Shown here piece after piece: positions 62,275-64,000 of a stretch of DNA of 64,000 nt (its first letter is position 1; each line of letters opens with the position of its first letter). The notes under the pieces are model-generated. The model did no database searches. It was not told the DNA's origin and saw only the letters and a list, made by a program, of their open reading frames with translations. Position numbers and translations under genes: made by a program. Source of the stretch: Callorhinchus milii (taxonomy: Eukaryota); assembly GCF_018977255.1 (NCBI RefSeq), contig NW_024704742.1, forward strand, positions 123,134,001 to 123,198,000, read 5' to 3'.

Positions 62275-63735
62275 ACAAAAACAAAAACGTGCACTTAAAA
62301 AGCACCCTCCACACAGGGTAGTGTTTCAGATTGCGTAACAGTGGTGAAGCCTGACTCCGAGTTGGGGGAACGGGGAGATTGCCGTAGGCATGGTCGAAGA
62401 GGAAAATATTCAGGCAGGACTTGAAAGAGGGGAGAAATGGGCAAGGCGAAGGGTTTGAGGGAGAGTGTTCCAGAGTTTTGGGGCATAGTGGCTGAAAGCA
62501 CAACCTCCAATGGTGGGGTGGAGGCTGCAAGGGACGAGCAGGAAGCCGGTGCCAGTCGAACTGAGGTGCCGGGTGATGGACTGGGGAGTGAGGAGGTCGG
62601 AGAGGTAGGGAGGTGCCAGGGATTGAATGGATTTGAACGCGAGTGTGAGGATCTTGAAGTCGATCCGTTCGGTGATGGGGAGCCTGGCTAGCACTGGTGA
62701 GATGTGGGTATGGAGTTTCGTCCAGGTCAGTATGTGGGCAGCAGAGTTTGGAATGAGCTGGATCTTGTGAATAGTGAAGCTGGGGAGACCAGTGAGGAGT
62801 GCTTTGGAGTAATCCAAGCGGGGGGTGACACATGCAAGCACGAGGGTTTCGGCTGCATTTGGGGTAAGGTATGGTCTGAGGCGGGCAATGTGGCAGAGGT
62901 GGAAGAAGGCGGTCCTGGTCAGGGACCGATAATAATAATAATAATTCTTGCATTTGATATAGCGCTTTTCACGTCGGGAGGACGTCCCAAAGCGCTTCAC
63001 AGAATAGACTGTAAAGTGAATTGACTGTATATTTGTGGGCGAACGATGTAGGGGAGGAGGGACAGCTGAGGGTCAAACCGGATGCCTAGGTTGCGCACTA
63101 GTTCGGTGAGTGTGAGGGAGAGTCCAGGGAGGTTGAGGAGTTTAGATTCTCAGGAGTGAAGACGTCGACAGGAGCCAAGGAGTATGGCTTCTGTCTTGTC
63201 CATATTCAGTTGCTGGAGGTTTACGCTGATCCAGACCTTGATGTCTGTCAGACAAGCTGATAGAACATCGGCGGACCTGGAGATGGTACTGGAGGAAGCA
63301 AAGTAGATTTGGGTATCATCTGGATATGTGTGAAAGTTTACCCTGCGTCTCCGAATGACATTGCCCAGAGGAAGCATATAGATAAGGAAAAGAAGAGACT
63401 TGATGATCAGCAATAGGGAGCACGCAAATGAGGAAAAGAAGGGGGTCAAGGATGGAACCCTGGGGTACCTCCCAGGTGACCGGGCGGAGGTAGGAAGAGA
63501 AACCATTTGCTGAGATGAAATGGAGGTGGTTGGTTAAGTAGGAGGAGAAACTATTTGCTGAGATGAAATGGAGGCAGTTGGTTAAGTAGGACTCGAACCA
63601 TGCAAGTGTGGTCCCACTAAGGTAGATGAGGGAGGAGAGGCAGTGGAGGAGGATGGTGTGGTCAACTGTGCTGAGATCCAGGAGGACAAGGAAGAAGAAG
63701 GAGTCCTCTTCATAAATAGAGAGAATGTCGTTTGG
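62275..63735 (-). pseudogene. L2 LINE ORF2 (RT to C-terminus), decayed, with nested SINE tail (62931-63043)
   Basis: LVLLDLS..D, WFESYLTN, VPQGSILDPLLF, FHTYPDDTQIY, RLDYSKALL, IDFKILTL, YAPKLWNTLP. The SINE tail is flanked by a cgat duplication. Confidence 0.92.
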
Positions 63736-64000
63736 AGCAAAGAATAATAGTGAGGTTTGTGGGTGAATTTGTAGTGCAGTGCATTGGACAGAACAATCTA
63801 ATGTAGAAGGAGACAGATTCATTCCAATTCACAACACGGGGAATCATAATTTCAGTAATGAAGTTCAGGAAGAAGCACATTCAGAGGCAAATCACTTCTC
63901 GAAACAGAAAGAAGCCAGTATATTTCTTGTTTCTTTGACTGGGAATTGAATTCAAGACACAGAAGTTACGGAAGCACTCCAACAAAAATACGAGACCTAC

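Noticed and set aside
62177..63000. 258-aa and 196-aa ORFs as host genes
   Set aside because: Frames through a decayed L2 and a nested SINE tail.
1..64000. CRISPR array, operon or prokaryotic defence system
   Set aside because: Repeats are dispersed eukaryotic SINE/LINE copies. There is no regular repeat-spacer periodicity and no gene-dense coding.

Overview
Repeat-dense, AT-rich vertebrate DNA. I recognise no host protein-coding gene, so it is probably intergenic or inside a large intron. The repeat content points to a cartilaginous fish, possibly a chimaera (inference). It includes L2 LINEs ending in (TTG)n, shark-type CR1 3' ends, Deu-domain SINEs, a tRNA-Ala-like SINE sharing the L2 tail, and Penelope fragments. 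The ORFs I could assign are decayed L2, CR1 or Penelope ORFs or chance frames through SINEs. Main observations: (1) three Penelope-derived insertions, each with a 13-15 bp target-site duplication (TSD) and a minimal hammerhead-ribozyme motif, two of them only about 100 bp long; (2) two hAT/Charlie-like insertions at the same 8-bp site of a DeuSINE; (3) an unclassified 8-copy retroposon-like family, one copy flanked by a 48-bp direct repeat; (4) two SINE families and L2 built from shared modules; (5) a 78-bp 3' extension shared by two SINE copies 32 kb apart. Family names come from by-eye motif recognition, and boundaries of old copies are approximate.
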